Shown here: piece after piece, positions 62,182 to 63,556 of the stretch | Position numbering within the stretch: the first letter of the stretch is position 1 | How the letters are laid out: each line of letters starts with the position of its first letter | NCBI GenBank assembly: GCA_012959665.1 | Contig: DUCT01000222.1 | Location: 1 to 63,556 of the forward strand | DNA from: Myxococcales bacterium | Lineage (GTDB): Bacteria; Myxococcota_A; UBA9160; UBA4427 | Reading direction: 5' to 3' | Length of the DNA: 63,556 nucleotides | Notes under the pieces: generated by a model | Database searches by the model: none | What the model was told of the DNA's origin: nothing | The model's input: the letters and a program-made list of their open reading frames with translations, nothing else | Made by a program: the position numbers and the translations under genes

Positions 62182-63556
62182 GTGAGAAAACGACGACTAC
62201 TCTTCAGCCTCGCCACCCTAGGGGCGCTCTGCAGCTGCGCCGGCCTACAGACAGTGAACTCCCCCCTGGAGCGAATCGACCCCGAGGCCGGATATCGTCC
62301 GTTCACCCGCGCCTCGCGCGAGTCCTTGGGGAGAGTATGGCTAAGCCTGGCCTTCTCCGGCGGCGGAACGCGAGCCGCCGCCTTTGCTTATGGGGTCCTC
62401 GAAGAACTCCGGGATACGGTGATCGAGGTCGATGGCCAGCCCGGGCGACTCCTCGACGAGATCGACACCATCAGTGCGGTCTCCGGGGGTTCCTTCCCGG
62501 CAGCCTACTATGGGCTTTTCGGCGACCGCATTTTCGAGGATTTCGGTGATAAATTCCTCAACCGCAACATCCAGCGAGCCCTCTTGTTCCAGGCACTCCG
62601 CCCCTGGAACATGCTCCGCCTGATAACGCCCTCCTACACCCGCAGCATGCTCGCTCTCGACTACTACAACCGAAACGTCTTCGACAAAGCGACCTTTGCC
62701 GACTTGGCCGCCGCCAACGGGCCCGACATTCACATCAATGCGACGGATCTCTCCCACGGATATCGCTTTACCTTCAACCAGGGGCAATTCGATTTGATTT
62801 GCTCGGATCTGGACAAACTCCCAGTCGCTACCGCCGTGGCCGCTTCCTCGGCGGTCCCGGTTCTCCTTAGCCCCATCACCCTGCGGAACTACGCGGGAAC
62901 CTGCGGCTTCGAGCTCCCCAGCTGGATCGCGAATTCTCTGAACGCCCAAGGCGGCGATCGGCGGCGCTACCTGTCCGCGCGCTCATTCGCAGGCTTCATG
63001 AACACCGAGAAGCGCCCGTTTATACACCTGCTGGACGGGGGAATCGCCGACAACCTTGGACTGCGCTTCGCCATCGAGCTGACTTCTGCGGCAGGTGGCA
63101 TCGATCGTTTGATCGAAAAAGTGGGCATCAGGCCTCCCGAACAGTTCATGCTGATCGTGGTCAATGCCGAGACCGATCCCAACCCCAAAATCGACTTGAG
63201 CTCTGCCGCCCCCTCCTTCGCGGCCTTGATGAACTCGGTTTCCGGCTCCCAGATACGCCGCTACAACCTGGAGACCCTCATCCTCGCAGAGGACTCCGTC
63301 AGCCAGCTCGGCCGCCTCGTCACTCTGGATACGGGTGCCCCCGTAGAAGCACGATTGATCGAAGTCAGCTTCGATGCCCTTCCGAGGGAAGAGGATCGAA
63401 AATATTTCAAGCTGCTTCCTACATCTTTTGTGCTGGGAAACGAAACCGTGGACCGACTTCGGGCGGCGGGGCGCCAATTGCTCCGAGAAAACCCGAGCTT
63501 CCAGGAACTGATCGCGCAACTCAGGGAAAACAACCCGTCGCCCCTGCCCCCGGCCA
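62182..63556 (+). CDS. Patatin-like phospholipase, probable lipoprotein (3' end runs off the window)
   Basis: Absent from the ORF track because it is open-ended. GTG at 62182 after AAGGAGA. Signal/lipobox LATLGALCSCAG, oxyanion-hole motif FSGGGTRAAAF, nucleophile elbow AVSGGS, and catalytic Asp LLDGGIADNLG. No stop codon up to 63556. Confidence 0.88.
   Translation, partial: MRKRRLLFSLATLGALCSCAGLQTVNSPLERIDPEAGYRPFTRASRESLGRVWLSLAFSGGGTRAAAFAYGVLEELRDTVIEVDGQPGRLLDEIDTISAVSGGSFPAAYYGLFGDRIFEDFGDKFLNRNIQRALLFQALRPWNMLRLITPSYTRSMLALDYYNRNVFDKATFADLAAANGPDIHINATDLSHGYRFTFNQGQFDLICSDLDKLPVATAVAASSAVPVLLSPITLRNYAGTCGFELPSWIANSLNAQGGDRRRYLSARSFAGFMNTEKRPFIHLLDGGIADNLGLRFAIELTSAAGGIDRLIEKVGIRPPEQFMLIVVNAETDPNPKIDLSSAAPSFAALMNSVSGSQIRRYNLETLILAEDSVSQLGRLVTLDTGAPVEARLIEVSFDALPREEDRKYFKLLPTSFVLGNETVDRLRAAGRQLLRENPSFQELIAQLRENNPSPLPPA

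Overview
GC-rich (about 60-65% by eye, not computed) bacterial chromosomal segment of 63.6 kb, densely packed with about 55 protein-coding genes. I recognised no rRNA, tRNA, CRISPR array, transposase, integrase, phage gene or canonical defence gene. Gene order: secF-secD-yajC, a SpoIID-domain gene, metK; a PTS-Ntr/sigma-54 cluster (rpoN-ptsN-hprK-rapZ-EIIA(Man)-HPr); trkH; ilvBN; a CBS protein; SSS and CDF transporters; an ECF sigma / small partner / PQQ-dehydrogenase unit; a roughly 12-kb CoA-thioester and oxidoreductase island (two adjacent acyl-CoA dehydrogenases, two LLM oxidoreductases, hotdog thioesterase, MaoC hydratase, SnoaL-like protein, amidohydrolase, di-haem peroxidase); speB; a CDP-alcohol phosphatidyltransferase; a purple-acid-phosphatase-like esterase; a fadD-like ligase, plsB and a HAD-plsC fusion; then a roughly 13-kb envelope-modification supercluster (Cys-type sulfatase, YfhO-like GT-C, two methyltransferases, GT2 polyprenol-phosphate glycosyltransferase, Thr-type sulfatase-fold lipoprotein, SGNH-like protein, MBOAT); a ybgA-like gene preceded by an internally deleted photolyase remnant; and a patatin-like lipase. 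Three things deserve a second look. (1) The envelope supercluster combines the enzyme families that build and decorate teichoic-acid-type polymers, in what looks like a proteobacterium-like genome. (2) At least ten unrelated 11-16 bp tandem arrays lie almost entirely at gene starts and ends, and some duplicate a gene's last codons plus its stop codon. (3) Two genes are decayed: phr and a frameshifted gene coupled to yfhO. I see no evidence for a phage-defence or mobile system. Many long ORFs in the track are antisense artefacts of high GC content.
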